A stretch of DNA of 64,000 bases from Candidatus Latescibacterota bacterium. Its GTDB lineage: Bacteria; Krumholzibacteriota; Krumholzibacteriia; WVZY01. The stretch covers positions 5,092 through 69,091 of the forward strand of contig WVZY01000076.1 in the NCBI GenBank assembly GCA_011772205.1. Reading direction: 5' to 3'. The position numbers were made by a program, and so were the translations under genes. The notes under the pieces were generated by a model. It saw only the letters and a program-made list of their open reading frames with translations. It made no database searches and was not told where the DNA came from. This document shows, in pieces, positions 47,746 to 58,691 of the stretch (positions within the stretch are counted from its first letter, which is position 1; every line of letters begins with the position of its first letter).

Positions 47746-49611
47746 ATGATTTCTCCAACGACCGCACAACGGATCAAGGACCAGATCGAGCGCCTCCCGC
47801 ACAGCCCGGGCGTGTACCTCTTCAAGGACAAGAACGGGGAGGTGATCTATGTGGGCAAGGCGAGAGATCTGAAGAACCGCGTCAGGAGCTACCTCCGTGA
47901 GGGAGGGGACTCGCGGCATCACATCCAGTTTCTAATGGTGCGAGCGTCCGAAGTGGACTCCATCGTCACAGAGACCGAGCAAGAAGCCCTCATTCTGGAG
48001 AACAACCTGATCAAGAAACACCGGCCGCGCTATAACATTTTTCTCAAAGATGACAAGACCTATGTCAACCTCCGTATGAACATCAACCACCCGTATCCAA
48101 GACTCACTGTTGTCCGAAATCCGAGATCGGATGGGGCCCTCTACTTCGGTCCCTTTGCTTCTGCCGGGGCTGTACGCGCCACGCTGCGCACGATTGGGCG
48201 CATTTTCCCACTGAGAACATGCACCGATGCGGAACTCAAAATCCGGAAACGTGCCTGTCTCTATTATCACATCGAACGCTGTCCAGGTCCCTGTGTGGAT
48301 CTCATCGATCCGCAAGAATACAGGGAGACGGTCAACAAAGTGGTGATGTTCCTGAAAGGTAAGGGGAACGAGCTGATGAGGTCGCTGAAGAAGAGAATGG
48401 AGCTTCAGTCGGCAGAGCGCCGCTACGAGGAAGCGGCGAGAACACGCGATCAAATCTGGGCGATTCAGAGAACAGTCGAGAAGCAGCGTATCACCTCCCC
48501 GCAGAAGGCCGAGCGGGATGTCTTCGGCGCGTACCACGAGAACGAGCGGATGGTAATCCAGGGATTGTACGTGAGGGATGGGAAGCTCTCGGGTGGTGAT
48601 GTTTTTACATTCAACAATGCAAACCTCTCAACGGGCGAGCACTTCTCTTCCTTTTTGAGCCAGTACTACCAGCGGGGCGCTGTGATCCCTTCGGAGGTCA
48701 TTGTTTCAAACGATGTGCCTGAGAAGGATACTCTGGAAGCATTCCTGAGTTCGCGTAAGAAGGAAAAAGTGAAAATTCTTTTTCCAAAGCGTGGGGAGAG
48801 GCGGGCGCTCCTGAAGCTTGCATTGAAAAATGCCAAGGTGGTGGCAAAAGAGAAAGGCCCGTCGAGTCGCAATAGAGACCTCCTCGAAGACCTGAAGGAA
48901 CTCTTGGGTCTCCAGAAGTTTCCCAGGCGGATCGAATGCTTCGATGTGTCCAACATACGCGGGCGGCACGCCGTGGCTTCGCGTGTCACTTTTATCGACG
49001 GTGAGCCCGCAAAAAGTCTTTATAGACATTACCGCATCAAAACTGTCGAAGGGGCCGACGACTACCGCATGATGGGGGAGACCCTCGAGCGGCGCGTATC
49101 ACGGGGTCTCAAGGAAGGAGACCTCCCCGATCTTCTGCTGCTCGATGGGGGGCGGGGCCAGCTCAACGTGGCAATCAAGATTCTCGAGCGTCTCGGGGCG
49201 GTCGAGGTCGACGCGGTAGGGATTGCGAAGGTTCGAGAAGGAAGCAAGCGGGCAGCCAGCGGCGGGACCGGCACCGCACGCCGACGCGCCAGGGACAAGG
49301 AGCGGATCTACATTCGGGGCCTGTCAAAGCCTTTGCTTCTCGAAGGCAATTCAACGGCTCTGTTTCTTCTCCAGCGAATCCGCGATGAAGCGCACCGATT
49401 TGCCATTGGCTACCACAAAAAGCTCCGGTCGAAGAAGATGGGTGCTTCGGCGTTGGACGATGTGCCCGGCGTAGGCCCGGTCCTCAAGAGCCGGATTCTT
49501 GCTGAATTCGGGAGCATCGCCCGCCTCCAGAAAGCCACCACCGACCAGATCGCATCGGTCCCCGGAGTGTCAAAGAAGCTTGCAATAGATATAAAGGAAT
49601 ATTTCGAATAA
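47746..49611 (+). CDS. uvrC: Excinuclease ABC subunit C (UvrC)
   Basis: GIY-YIG domain (GVYLFKDKNGEVIYVGKARDLKNRVRSY), UvrBC-interaction region, RNase H-like endonuclease domain and a C-terminal HhH pair. Confidence 0.9.
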   Translation: MISPTTAQRIKDQIERLPHSPGVYLFKDKNGEVIYVGKARDLKNRVRSYLREGGDSRHHIQFLMVRASEVDSIVTETEQEALILENNLIKKHRPRYNIFLKDDKTYVNLRMNINHPYPRLTVVRNPRSDGALYFGPFASAGAVRATLRTIGRIFPLRTCTDAELKIRKRACLYYHIERCPGPCVDLIDPQEYRETVNKVVMFLKGKGNELMRSLKKRMELQSAERRYEEAARTRDQIWAIQRTVEKQRITSPQKAERDVFGAYHENERMVIQGLYVRDGKLSGGDVFTFNNANLSTGEHFSSFLSQYYQRGAVIPSEVIVSNDVPEKDTLEAFLSSRKKEKVKILFPKRGERRALLKLALKNAKVVAKEKGPSSRNRDLLEDLKELLGLQKFPRRIECFDVSNIRGRHAVASRVTFIDGEPAKSLYRHYRIKTVEGADDYRMMGETLERRVSRGLKEGDLPDLLLLDGGRGQLNVAIKILERLGAVEVDAVGIAKVREGSKRAASGGTGTARRRARDKERIYIRGLSKPLLLEGNSTALFLLQRIRDEAHRFAIGYHKKLRSKKMGASALDDVPGVGPVLKSRILAEFGSIARLQKATTDQIASVPGVSKKLAIDIKEYFE

Positions 49612-49792
49612 TTCTCAAGTATGGATCCACGATCCCGTTTAGAAAATGGCCTAAAAATTGCCTTCGAGTGCATTCGTGTTCCCCGAGGGTGCAAAAAATT
49701 CGTCTATCCCTCTCAATCCTCTGAATAGAGGGAAATCAGCTAATAACCAGATAAAAAACAAGTAAGCAGCAGATAAACAGCAAAAATAGGGT

Positions 49793-49830
49793 TGACAGAA
49801 ATCGTCGATCCCTCTAAAGTATTTAAAGTG
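49793..49830 (+). promoter_or_regulatory. Candidate promoter (TTGACA-N17-TAAAGT) upstream of the MarR-like gene, with a repeated ATCCCTCT motif (also at ~49703-49740 within an inverted repeat CCCTCT...AGAGGG)
   Basis: ttgaca at 49793-49798. A gatccctct motif overlaps the spacer. A second copy sits in an imperfect palindrome around 49705-49735. Confidence 0.25.
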
Positions 49831-49855
49831 GTTAAATAGTAAAGGGGTTAATATT

Positions 49856-50500
49856 ATGCCCGAGAAAGAAAATCCGGATCATTCCAAGCGAAGCCCAAAG
49901 GAAGGCGATGGGCCGCAGCCGGCAAGGGATTTCTTTCGTCTTCTCAGATATAGCCACATCTTTGCTTCAGCAGTACGGGAAATCCTGGAACTCAAGCTAC
50001 TCCGCGAAGTTAGCCCGCTACCGCTTACGCTGTCACAATTTCATCTCCTCAAGCTCATGTCCGTCAATGGGCAGCACCAAATGGGCCAGCTGGCCGATTT
50101 TCTCGGTGTGAGCCCACCCGCGGCTACCAAGAACATTGACAAGCTGGAGCGCCTGAAGCTGGTCGTCCGCACTCCCTCCAAAGGGGATCGACGAGCGACG
50201 CTGCTCTCGGTAAGCCCGAAGGGACGGCGGCTCGTGCGCAAGTATGAAGAGCTCAAGACGGAGAGGTTGACACCAGTATTGGATGAGTTTCAGCCACAGG
50301 AAGTGGAGAAACTATCCGAACTCCTCGAGAGATTTTCAGTGTCCTTGCTCAGAATCGAGCATCCGGGAGAGGAATTCTGTTTGCGCTGCGCGGCTTACAT
50401 TGCGGATGACTGTCCGGTGGGTCCGTTCTGCGGCGGGTGTCCTTACCAAAAGGGCCGCGCAATGACCTCGAACAGAGGTGCCGCTAAGGAGACACCATGA
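49856..50500 (+). CDS. MarR-family transcriptional regulator with a Cys-rich C-terminal extension
   Basis: MarR wHTH (QFHLLKLMSVNGQHQMGQLADFLGVSPPAATKNIDKLERLKLVVRTPSKGDRRATLLSVSPKGRRL). C-terminal CLRCAAYIADDCPVGPFCGGCPY. Confidence 0.75.
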   Translation: MPEKENPDHSKRSPKEGDGPQPARDFFRLLRYSHIFASAVREILELKLLREVSPLPLTLSQFHLLKLMSVNGQHQMGQLADFLGVSPPAATKNIDKLERLKLVVRTPSKGDRRATLLSVSPKGRRLVRKYEELKTERLTPVLDEFQPQEVEKLSELLERFSVSLLRIEHPGEEFCLRCAAYIADDCPVGPFCGGCPYQKGRAMTSNRGAAKETP

Positions 50501-50526
50501 GCTTAACCCTTATGGGGAGTGTTCAA

Positions 50527-50828
50527 TGAAGTATTGGAGAAAACCTTTAGATATCGATCAAGTAACGATCCCCCACGGCGAGGTGCACATTATTAAGGAC
50601 CGGTGCAAGGGCTGCGGTTTCTGCGTTGAGTATTGCCCGAAAGACGTGCTGGTGATGTCCGACGAGTTCAATAAAAAAGGATATCATCCACCGAAAGTGG
50701 TCAAACATGGTGAATGCGTTAACTGCAACCTGTGCGAAATGATCTGTCCTGATTACGCCATTTACAGTGTATCTGAGCCCGTAGGCGTGGCCGCGGCGGA
50801 GTCTGAGAAGCCGATTGAGAAAATCTAA
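50527..50828 (+). CDS. korD: 2-oxoacid:ferredoxin oxidoreductase delta subunit (2x[4Fe-4S] ferredoxin, KorD/PorD-like)
   Basis: Two CxxCxxCxxxCP motifs (CKGCGFCVEYCP and CVNCNLCEMICP). GGGGAG RBS. Confidence 0.8.
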
Positions 50829-50873
50829 GAATCAGGTGCCCGCGAGCTGCGGAGCAGCAAAGGAGGATGGCAA

Positions 50874-52031
50874 TTGAAAGCTGACCCTGCGGGCGTCTTG
50901 ACCGGCGCCCACTATCTCGATGGTGACTTTGCCTGCGGCGAGGGGGCCATGGCCGCGGGCTGCCGATTCGTGGCTGGCTACCCCATCACTCCCTCGACGG
51001 AGGTCGTTGAACGTATCTCACGCCGATTTCCTATGATGGGTGGTATATTCATCCAGATGGAAGACGAGCTAGCCAGCATGGCCGCAGTTGTGGGCGCGTC
51101 CTGGACGGGAACAAAATCTATGACTGTTACCAGCGGCCCCGGTTTCAGCCTGATGATGGAGAACATCGGCCTGGGGGCCATGATGGAAGCGCCATGCGTT
51201 GTGGTAAACGTGCAGCGCGGCGGACCCTCCACCGGGCTTCCGACCATGGTCGGGCAGGCGGATATCATGCAGGCCCGGTGGGGTTCACACGGCGATTATG
51301 AATTGATTGCACTGAGCCCGCAATCCCCCCAGGAGGCGTTTGACCTGACGATAGACGCGTTCAATCTCTCAGAAATCTACCGAGTCCCAGTGATGTTCAT
51401 GATGGATGAATGTGTCGGTCACATGACGGAGAAAGTCGTGATTCCCCCGGCGGAAGAGATCGAGGTGGTGCCTCGCAAACTTTCCAAACTCAAACCCGAG
51501 GAATATTGGCCGTATAGCGTTAATGGTGGCGATATCCCGGAAATGGTCCGGGCCGGCGATGGGTATCGATTTCACACGACCGGCCTCACGCACGACCACC
51601 GCGGCTATCCTGACATGAGCGCGGAGTGCCAGGAGTTGTGTGTCAGGCGTCTCGTTGAAAAGATCAAGCACAACGCAGATAAGATTGTTCGATTCGAGGA
51701 AGAAGAAACGGACGGAGCCGATGTGGTGGTGGTCACATATGGAATCACTGCCCGGGTTGCTCGCATGGGGATTGAAATGGCGAGGAAGAAGGGTGTCAAG
51801 GTAGGGGTCATCAGATTGATCGTGATCTGGCCGTTTCCCGAAAAGCGCATCCGGGAGCTAGCCGGTATGGTCAAAGCCTTCGTAGTGCCAGAGATCAATT
51901 ACGGTCAAATCGTTCTCGAAGTGGAGCGCTGCGCCGCAGGGAAGGCCGCGGCGGTGCCCGTGTCTCACGGCGGAGGCGGCGTTCATGATCCGAATGATGT
52001 TTGCCAAGCAATATTGGGGGCAGCGAAATGA
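50874..52031 (+). CDS. korA: 2-oxoacid:ferredoxin oxidoreductase alpha subunit (KorA/PorA-like)
   Basis: TTG start 8 nt after AAGGAGG. GYPITPS, FIQMEDE, SGPGFSLM and QRGGPSTGLPT motifs. Confidence 0.85.
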   Translation: MKADPAGVLTGAHYLDGDFACGEGAMAAGCRFVAGYPITPSTEVVERISRRFPMMGGIFIQMEDELASMAAVVGASWTGTKSMTVTSGPGFSLMMENIGLGAMMEAPCVVVNVQRGGPSTGLPTMVGQADIMQARWGSHGDYELIALSPQSPQEAFDLTIDAFNLSEIYRVPVMFMMDECVGHMTEKVVIPPAEEIEVVPRKLSKLKPEEYWPYSVNGGDIPEMVRAGDGYRFHTTGLTHDHRGYPDMSAECQELCVRRLVEKIKHNADKIVRFEEEETDGADVVVVTYGITARVARMGIEMARKKGVKVGVIRLIVIWPFPEKRIRELAGMVKAFVVPEINYGQIVLEVERCAAGKAAAVPVSHGGGGVHDPNDVCQAILGAAK

Positions 52032-52933
52032 GCAAAATTACAACCGATGAAACCGAAATTCTTGCCCAGCAGCACCCGATCGCTCCCTATCTCCGCATGG
52101 ACCGGATGCCGCATATTTGGTGTCCCACATGCGGGATCGGAACGGTGGTCAAGTGCTATGCTACAGCACTGGAGCAGTCGGGAGTTGACCTGGACAAGGT
52201 GGCGGTCGTCTCCGGCATCGGCTGCACCGGCCGGGTGGCAGGATATATGAAACTGGACGCGTTCCACACCACACACGGTCGGGCGATCCCGTTCGCTACC
52301 GGATTGAAGCTGGGTCGGCCGGAGATGCTGGTGACGGTGTTTTCGGGTGACGGAGACCTGGCGGGTATCGGGGGAAATCATCTCATCCATACCGGACGGC
52401 GCAACATCGACATGTTGGTCATCCTGGTAAATAACTTCATTTACGGCATGACGGGGGGACAGAACGCGCCCACTACACCGATTCCGGCCAGGTCATCGAC
52501 GATGCCGTACGGGAATTTCGAACCGCCGTTCAATCTGCCACACCTGGTGGCTAGCTGTGGTGCAACTTACGTGGCCCGATGGACATCGTTGCACATCCGG
52601 CGGTTGACGAAATCGTTCAACGAGGCGATTCACCGGAAGGGATTCCGCTTCATAGAGGTGATCGCACCGTGTTCGACGTTGTACGCACGTTTGAACAAAC
52701 TGGGCACGGGCTTCCACCTGATGCAGTTTTACCACGATCACGCGGAGATCCATCACGGGATAGACACGCGAGAGGTGGGCATTGGGTACCAGGATACCAT
52801 CATCTGTGGAAAGTTCATCGACGAGGAGAAGCCAACCTTCCTCGAGCTGATGAACAACCACTACCGAAAAGTCCTCGGCGACAAGTTTGTCCCGATGCCG
52901 CTGGAGGGAGGGATGATCCGTGAGCAGGACTGA
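52028..52933 (+). CDS. korB: 2-oxoacid:ferredoxin oxidoreductase beta subunit (TPP-binding, KorB/PorB-like)
   Basis: WCPGCG-type N-terminus (WCPTCGIG). TPP-binding GDG...N motif (FSGDGDLAGIGGNHLIH). ATGA overlap with korA. Confidence 0.85.
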   Translation: MSKITTDETEILAQQHPIAPYLRMDRMPHIWCPTCGIGTVVKCYATALEQSGVDLDKVAVVSGIGCTGRVAGYMKLDAFHTTHGRAIPFATGLKLGRPEMLVTVFSGDGDLAGIGGNHLIHTGRRNIDMLVILVNNFIYGMTGGQNAPTTPIPARSSTMPYGNFEPPFNLPHLVASCGATYVARWTSLHIRRLTKSFNEAIHRKGFRFIEVIAPCSTLYARLNKLGTGFHLMQFYHDHAEIHHGIDTREVGIGYQDTIICGKFIDEEKPTFLELMNNHYRKVLGDKFVPMPLEGGMIREQD

Positions 52934-53528
52934 GATCCGCATTACCGGCTTCGGCGGCCAGGGCGTAGTTCTGTCCGGCTATATCATCGGTCGCGCTTGC
53001 TCGATCAATTCGAACAAGCACGCCACGATGATCCAGAGTTTTGGCCCGGAAGCAAGGGGCTCCGCCTGCAGTGCGACGCTTGCCGTATCGGAAACCGAAG
53101 TGCTGTATCCATACATCGCCCGGCCGGATATCTTTATCGTTATGTCGGCGGAGGGCTACGACAAGTTTGGCGACGAGCTCAAAGACGACGGAACCCTTAT
53201 CTACGAGAAGGACCTGGTCCACCCCACTCTGAAAGAGGGTCAGCCTTCGTTCGGGATACCCTCTACCCGGATCGCCGAAAATCTGGGAAGGACGATCATT
53301 CAGAACATCGTGATGCTGGGTTTCTTCACGGGGGTGACGGGACTCATTACCCGCGAGGCAATGCGCGATGCGGTGAAGGCATCGGTACCGGCGGGCACGG
53401 AGGAGTTGAATCTAAAAGCATTCGACGCAGGCTATGCGTATTACGAGGAAGAGTACAGCAGAGGGAAGCAGAGCGAGGAAAAAGGAGCTGTCGCGGCCGA
53501 AACGGCTGAGAAAAGTCAATCAGAGTGA
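52920..53528 (+). CDS. korC: 2-oxoacid:ferredoxin oxidoreductase gamma subunit (KorC/PorC-like)
   Basis: ITGFGGQGVVLSG motif. GTG start overlapping the korB end. Confidence 0.8.
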   Translation: MSRTEIRITGFGGQGVVLSGYIIGRACSINSNKHATMIQSFGPEARGSACSATLAVSETEVLYPYIARPDIFIVMSAEGYDKFGDELKDDGTLIYEKDLVHPTLKEGQPSFGIPSTRIAENLGRTIIQNIVMLGFFTGVTGLITREAMRDAVKASVPAGTEELNLKAFDAGYAYYEEEYSRGKQSEEKGAVAAETAEKSQSE

Positions 53529-53555
53529 TAGCAACTTCAATATGGGAGCGAAAGC

Positions 53556-56500
53556 TTGGACAAGCAGCCTAAAGAGTCACGCGAAGTCCAAGGCGATGAT
53601 TCGGAAGAGATGCTGCAGCGGAATCACCCCCAAGATCCAAAGGAAGATGCCGCCCAGCGTATTGCGAAAGCGCTCGAGCCGACAACGGACAAGAGGGCCC
53701 TTGTCATAGGCGGCGGGATCGCCGGTATCCAAGCGGCCCTGGATCTCGCCGACGCCCGTATTGGCGTAACCATGGTGGAGAAATCGCCGTCGCTGGGCGG
53801 CCGCATGGCCCAGCTCGACAAGACGTTTCCCACCATGGACTGCTCGATATGAATCCTCGGGCCCAAGGCCATGGATGCCGGTCGGCATCCACTGATCGAT
53901 GTCGTAACGAACGCGGAAGTGATTGGCTGCGAGGGTGAGCCGGGGAACTTCCGTGTGCGTGTCAAGAAGCATCCTCGCTTTGTGCGCGAAGACAAGTGCG
54001 TCGCCTGCGGATTGTGCGTGGATGTCTGCCCGATGATTGGAGGAAACGAATTCGACGTCGGGCTGAAAGCACGTAAGGCGATCTACAGGCCCTTTCCGCA
54101 ATCGGTGCCCGCAGCATACGTGATCGACCCGCTTGCCTGCCTCAACTTTTTGGGTTACCTGAGCGAGAAGCAACGGAGAAGACTCGAAAAGGTGAAGAGG
54201 GCAAAAGAGCGGAAGGGTGATGAGTTCATAGCGAATATGCTGGTTTGCGGGCATTGCAGCAGCGTTTGCGAGGTCGATGCTATCGACTTCGACATGCGCG
54301 CCAAGGAATTCGATGTTGATGCCGGCGCCATTCTCGTTGCCGTTGGATTCCAGGAATTCGACGCGCGAAAGCTCGGTAACTACGGATACGGCCGGTTTCC
54401 CAACGTGGTGACCAGTCTGGAATTCGAGAGAATGCTCAATGCATCCGGCGTCACGCAGGGTCACGTGGTGAGGCCGTCTGACATGAAGACGCCGAAGCGG
54501 ATCGTGTTCGTCCAGTGCGTCGGCGCGCGAGGCGAGGGGGGTAGACCGTACTGCAGCCGTTTCTGCTGCATGAACGCAGTGAAAGATTCGATGCTGGTGC
54601 GCCAGCACGATCCCGAGGTCGAAGATGTCACCATTCTCTTTACCGACCTGCGGGCGTTCGGCAAGGGGTTCGACGATTTTCTGCAGCGGTCGCGCGAAGA
54701 AAAGAGCGCCAATTATGTGCGCGGCCGTCCCGCCAAAGTGGAATTGGTGCCCGAGGACGACAGCCTCGAGGTTTTCGTGGAAGATACCCTGGAGCACAAA
54801 CAAAAACGCATTCCCGCCGATCTGGTGGTATTGTCCGTCGCAGCAGCGCCAAACGACGGGGCGATCAAGCTTGCGGAGACTCTGGACATCGAAACGGATA
54901 AGTATGGGTTCATCGCCAGGCGTGATGCCGCCGTGTCCGCTGTAGAAAGCACCCGCGAGGGGATCTTTGTCTGCGGCAGTGCCGTCGGCCCCCAGGTGAT
55001 ACCGGATTGCGTCGCGCAGGCATCTGCTGTGGCCGCACGAGCCCAGCTGTTTCTTACCGGGCATCGAATCGAGGAGGAAGAGAAAACCGTTGAGCCGCTC
55101 GACTTGTCGGGACCGCCGAGGATCGGCGTTCTCGTTTGTCACTGTGGCATAAATATAGCCGGAGTGCTCGATGTGGAAGAACTCACCAATTACGCGGCTA
55201 GCATCCCCAATGTCGTGGTGTCGAAAAATAACATGTTTGCCTGTTCGTCAACTGGGCAGGACGAAATGGTCGAGCTGATCGAAGAGCACAAGCTGAACCG
55301 CCTGGTGGTTGCCGCATGCACGCCGCGTACGCATGAGCCGATTTTCCGTGAGACTTGCGCTCGGATTGGCTTCAATCCATATATGCTCGAAATGGTCAAC
55401 ATCCGTGACCAGTGTTCATGGGTGCATTCGAAGCAACCCGCTGAAGCCCAAGAAAAAGCGCGTGCACTTCTCCGCATGGGCGTGGCCAGGGCCCGGCATC
55501 TAGAGCCGCTTTATGAAGGAGAGGTGTCGATGACGCGCGCTGCCGTGGTAATCGGAGGAGGAATCGGCGGGATCCAAGCGGCAACCGATCTGGCCGTTCA
55601 AGGTTTCCCCGTAACCCTCGTAGAGAAAACAGGACGACCGGGGGGACGGCTAGTAAGCCCAAACCTCAAATATCTCTATCCCAACCTTCGGCCGGCGGCC
55701 GATGTGCTCAAGGAGAAGCTCCAGAGGCTGGAAAGGAGCGGTGCGCGCATTTGCCTCAACACGGAAGTTGAAAACATCACCGGGTACGTGGGCAATTTCG
55801 AAGTTACGTTGAAGGGGGACACAAACGAAACGATTCCAGCTGGAGCCATCATCCTCGCCTTTGGTGCGGATCTTTATGACCCCAAGGGAGAATTCGGCTA
55901 CGGGAAACTGCCGAACGTAATTACCAGCGAAGAACTGGAACGAGCATTTTTCAAAGACGAATCCAAAATCACCGCCGACAATCGCAAACCGAAAAACGCT
56001 TCATTCATCCTATGTGTGGGCTCGCGCGATCCGGAGGGTTTTACCGGGTGCTCGCGGTATTGCTGCCCAACGGCGATCAAGCAGGCGATAGAGCTCGCCA
56101 AGCAGGATATCGACACAACAGTTTTCTTCAGGGACATCCGAACCATCTCCACCGGAGCCGAAGAGATGTATCGTGAAGCGAGGGGGATGGGAGTGTTGTT
56201 CGTCCGTATACCGCCGGGCCGTAAACCCGAAGTGGTTGGTAAAGAGCGGGCGGAAGCCATCCAATGCTATGATGATCTACTCGCACGGAATCTCGAGGTT
56301 CCAACCGATCTGGTAGTGCTGAGTGTCGGGATGCGGCCGCTCAAGGAGGAAACGGCGAAATTCCACGACATGCTCAAGGCCAGCCTCGGGCTCGACGGAT
56401 TCTTTCTCGAGCGCCATCCTGAATTGGCGCCGGTGGAGACAGCTGTGGAGGGAGTGCTTCTTGCCGGCACAGTGCAAGGGCCGAAAGATATCGTGGACAC

Positions 56501-56825
56501 GGTGGCTCAGGCCTCGGCGGCTGCGGCGAAAGCGTCCGTATTCCTTGCCTATGATACGGTGAAATTGGACCCCACGGTAGCGGTGGTTGGCGAAGGAAAA
56601 TGCCGTGCATGCGGCACGTGCGTCGATATCTGCCAATTCCGGGCGCCACAGCTCGTAGAAGCCGATGACGGCACGTATACGGCGGTGATCAATGCATCGC
56701 TTTGCAAAGGCTGCGGCACCTGTGCGAGCTGGTGCCCTTCGGGCGCGATTGTTTCGAAGCATTTCACGGACAAACAGGTGCACGCCATGATCGATGCGTT
56801 TTTTGCCGAAGAGGTCTCGGGATGA
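53556..56825 (+). CDS. hdrA: Large tandem-type HdrA-like flavoprotein (heterodisulfide reductase subunit A family); selenoprotein with in-frame TGA (Sec) at 53850..53852
   Basis: The ORF finder split this at the TGA. Reading through gives ...[30 protein letters not shown]..., i.e. the HdrA site where Sec/Cys is known. Two FAD-binding [10 protein letters not shown] / [10 protein letters not shown] motifs, several 4Fe-4S ferredoxin motifs and an HdrA N-terminal Cys cluster (CHCGINIAG...ACS...AACTPR) appear mid-protein. TTG start with a GGGAG RBS. Confidence 0.75.
53873..53890 (+). ncRNA. SECIS-like hairpin (GGATGCC-GGTC-GGCATCC) 20 nt downstream of the hdrA UGA
   Basis: Perfect 7-bp stem with a GGUC apical loop inside the coding sequence. 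The same element sits downstream of the second hdrA UGA. Confidence 0.55.
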
Positions 56826-57466
56826 CAGCCTCTAAGGAACAACGGGAAGCGGATAAGTCCCGGACGGGCACACGAGCCAAGAAGTCACCGAAGACAGGAG
56901 CAAAAGCGAAGACAAAAGCCCCTGCAAAGAAGACCTCCAAGAAGATTACACAGGAGACGGTGAAAGAAGCTCCAGCGAAAACGGCGGATAAATCACCGAA
57001 GACAACACCTGATGCGGCTCCGAAAGCGCCGGCCGAAATCCCTGGTGCGTGGAATCCTCGCATCGTTGTGTTCGCATGCAACTGGTGCTCGTATGCGGGG
57101 GCTGATACCGCGGGAGTATCTCGAATTCAACACCAACCGCATTTTCGAATGATCCGGGTGATGTGTTCCGGTCGTATCCAGGCCGGTTTCGTTTTGCACG
57201 CGTTCGAGAAAGGGGCCGATGGGGTGCTGGTGTCGGGCTGCCACTTTGGGGACTGCCACTACATCTTTGGGAATCATCGTGCGGTCGAACAATTCGAAAA
57301 GACGATGAACGTGGTCAAACTCTTGGGTATTGAAGAAGGCCGTCTCCGCCTGGAATGGATTAGTGCGGCAGAGGGCGTCCGATTTGCGGCGGTCATCAAC
57401 GAGTTCACCGACCAGGTCCGCAAACTGGGTCCGAGCCCGCTGACCAGTAGACAAGAGGCAGCATGA
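56822..57466 (+). CDS. mvhD: MvhD-like (methyl-viologen-reducing hydrogenase delta subunit family) protein with a Lys/Ala/Pro-rich N-terminal tail
   Basis: [12 protein letters not shown]...CSGR...GADGVLVSGCHFGDCHY (MvhD/FlpD signature). N-terminal AKKSPKTGAKAKTKAPAKKTSKK. ATGA overlap with hdrA. Confidence 0.8.
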   Translation: MTASKEQREADKSRTGTRAKKSPKTGAKAKTKAPAKKTSKKITQETVKEAPAKTADKSPKTTPDAAPKAPAEIPGAWNPRIVVFACNWCSYAGADTAGVSRIQHQPHFRMIRVMCSGRIQAGFVLHAFEKGADGVLVSGCHFGDCHYIFGNHRAVEQFEKTMNVVKLLGIEEGRLRLEWISAAEGVRFAAVINEFTDQVRKLGPSPLTSRQEAA

Positions 57467-57481
57467 CGATAAACGGAGTTG

Positions 57482-58663
57482 ATGCCGATGCGGGAATTAG
57501 CGGATGCAGCCAAGCAGACAAAAGCTTGGGCCTGTTATGACTGCGGGAAATGTACCGCCACATGCCCGATTTCGAGGGTAGGGGGAGATTATACCCCTCG
57601 CCGGCACGTACTGGCGACAAACCTGGGGCAACGTAAAGAGCTTGTCGAGAATGGCAGCCTGAACAGCTGTCTGACATGCAGCCTGTGTGACCAGCGCTGC
57701 CCGGCCGAGGTCGCCTATACCACCTTGGTTCAAAAGCTCAGGGAAATCACGCATGTGGATGGGAAAGAACCGGAGTGCCCGCACGGCGGTGCGCTTCAGT
57801 CGATGATGCGGGTGATGGCGAAGGGCGGGACGAAGCAAAACCGCATGGAATGGCTGACGGATGACTTAAGGACCGAATCGAAGACGGGAGAGGCGCTCTA
57901 CTGGACCGGGTGCACGATGTATTATGACGCCTTCTTCCCGGAATTCAAGATCTCAACGTTGGAAGGCACTCGCGCTGCAGTACGGCTCATGAACCGTGTG
58001 AATGTTACTCCTGTTGTATCTCCCGAGGAACGTTGCTGCGGGCACGACCTGCTGTGGAACGGTGACAGGGAACATTTTGAGCTGCTCGCCAAGCATAATG
58101 TAAAGCTCGTTGCTGACAGCGGTGCCAAGACGCTGGTTACCTCCTGCGCCGAGTGTCTCCGTACCTGGAAGATTGACTACGCACCGTTTTTCGAAAGTGC
58201 CCCGCCCCGGATACTCCACATCACCGAATTTCTCTCGGACTACCTATCGGCTCTCGAGTTCAAGGCGAACGGCAAGCGCAAGGTCGTCTTTCAAGATCCA
58301 TGTCGGCTGGGCCGTCACTTGGGAATTTACGATCCCCCGCGGAGGGCGTTGTCCGCACTGCCCGGGATCGAGCTCGTGGAGATGCGCCGTTCGGGACCGG
58401 GAGCGGTCTGCTGCGCCGGAGGGACATGGTCGAACTGCGACCGATTTGCAAAGAAGATTCAGGTTGAACGCCTGCGGGAAGCGCGGGCGACAGGAGCGGA
58501 AGTGCTTGCGACGGCATGTCCAAAATGCCAGGTCCACTTCCGTTGTACAATGCAGGACCCCAATCTTGCTGGCGAGATCGAAATAAAAATGAGCGATGTC
58601 GCCCAGCTGGTAGTGGACTCCCTCTCCCAGGGGATCAAAAGTGAGAGGGATGGGTCTGAATAG
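57482..58663 (+). CDS. HdrD-like fused HdrC/HdrB protein (2x[4Fe-4S] ferredoxin domain + two CCG cysteine-rich domains)
   Basis: CYDCGKCTATCP and CLTCSLCDQRCP. CCG motifs (CTMYYD...CCGHD; QDPCRLGR...CCAGG). Confidence 0.8.
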   Translation: MPMRELADAAKQTKAWACYDCGKCTATCPISRVGGDYTPRRHVLATNLGQRKELVENGSLNSCLTCSLCDQRCPAEVAYTTLVQKLREITHVDGKEPECPHGGALQSMMRVMAKGGTKQNRMEWLTDDLRTESKTGEALYWTGCTMYYDAFFPEFKISTLEGTRAAVRLMNRVNVTPVVSPEERCCGHDLLWNGDREHFELLAKHNVKLVADSGAKTLVTSCAECLRTWKIDYAPFFESAPPRILHITEFLSDYLSALEFKANGKRKVVFQDPCRLGRHLGIYDPPRRALSALPGIELVEMRRSGPGAVCCAGGTWSNCDRFAKKIQVERLREARATGAEVLATACPKCQVHFRCTMQDPNLAGEIEIKMSDVAQLVVDSLSQGIKSERDGSE

Positions 58664-58691
58664 ATGATTGCTGGAACAGGAAGGGCTTCGA

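Noticed and set aside
53556-53852. 98-aa stand-alone ORF and a separate 984-aa ORF (53871-56825), plus the 210-aa ORF 58668-59300 with the 580-aa ORF 59403-61145, as called by the ORF track.
   Set aside because: Each pair is one hdrA gene split at a UGA selenocysteine codon. The UGA lies at the DCSx-U-IL site and is followed by a SECIS-like hairpin.
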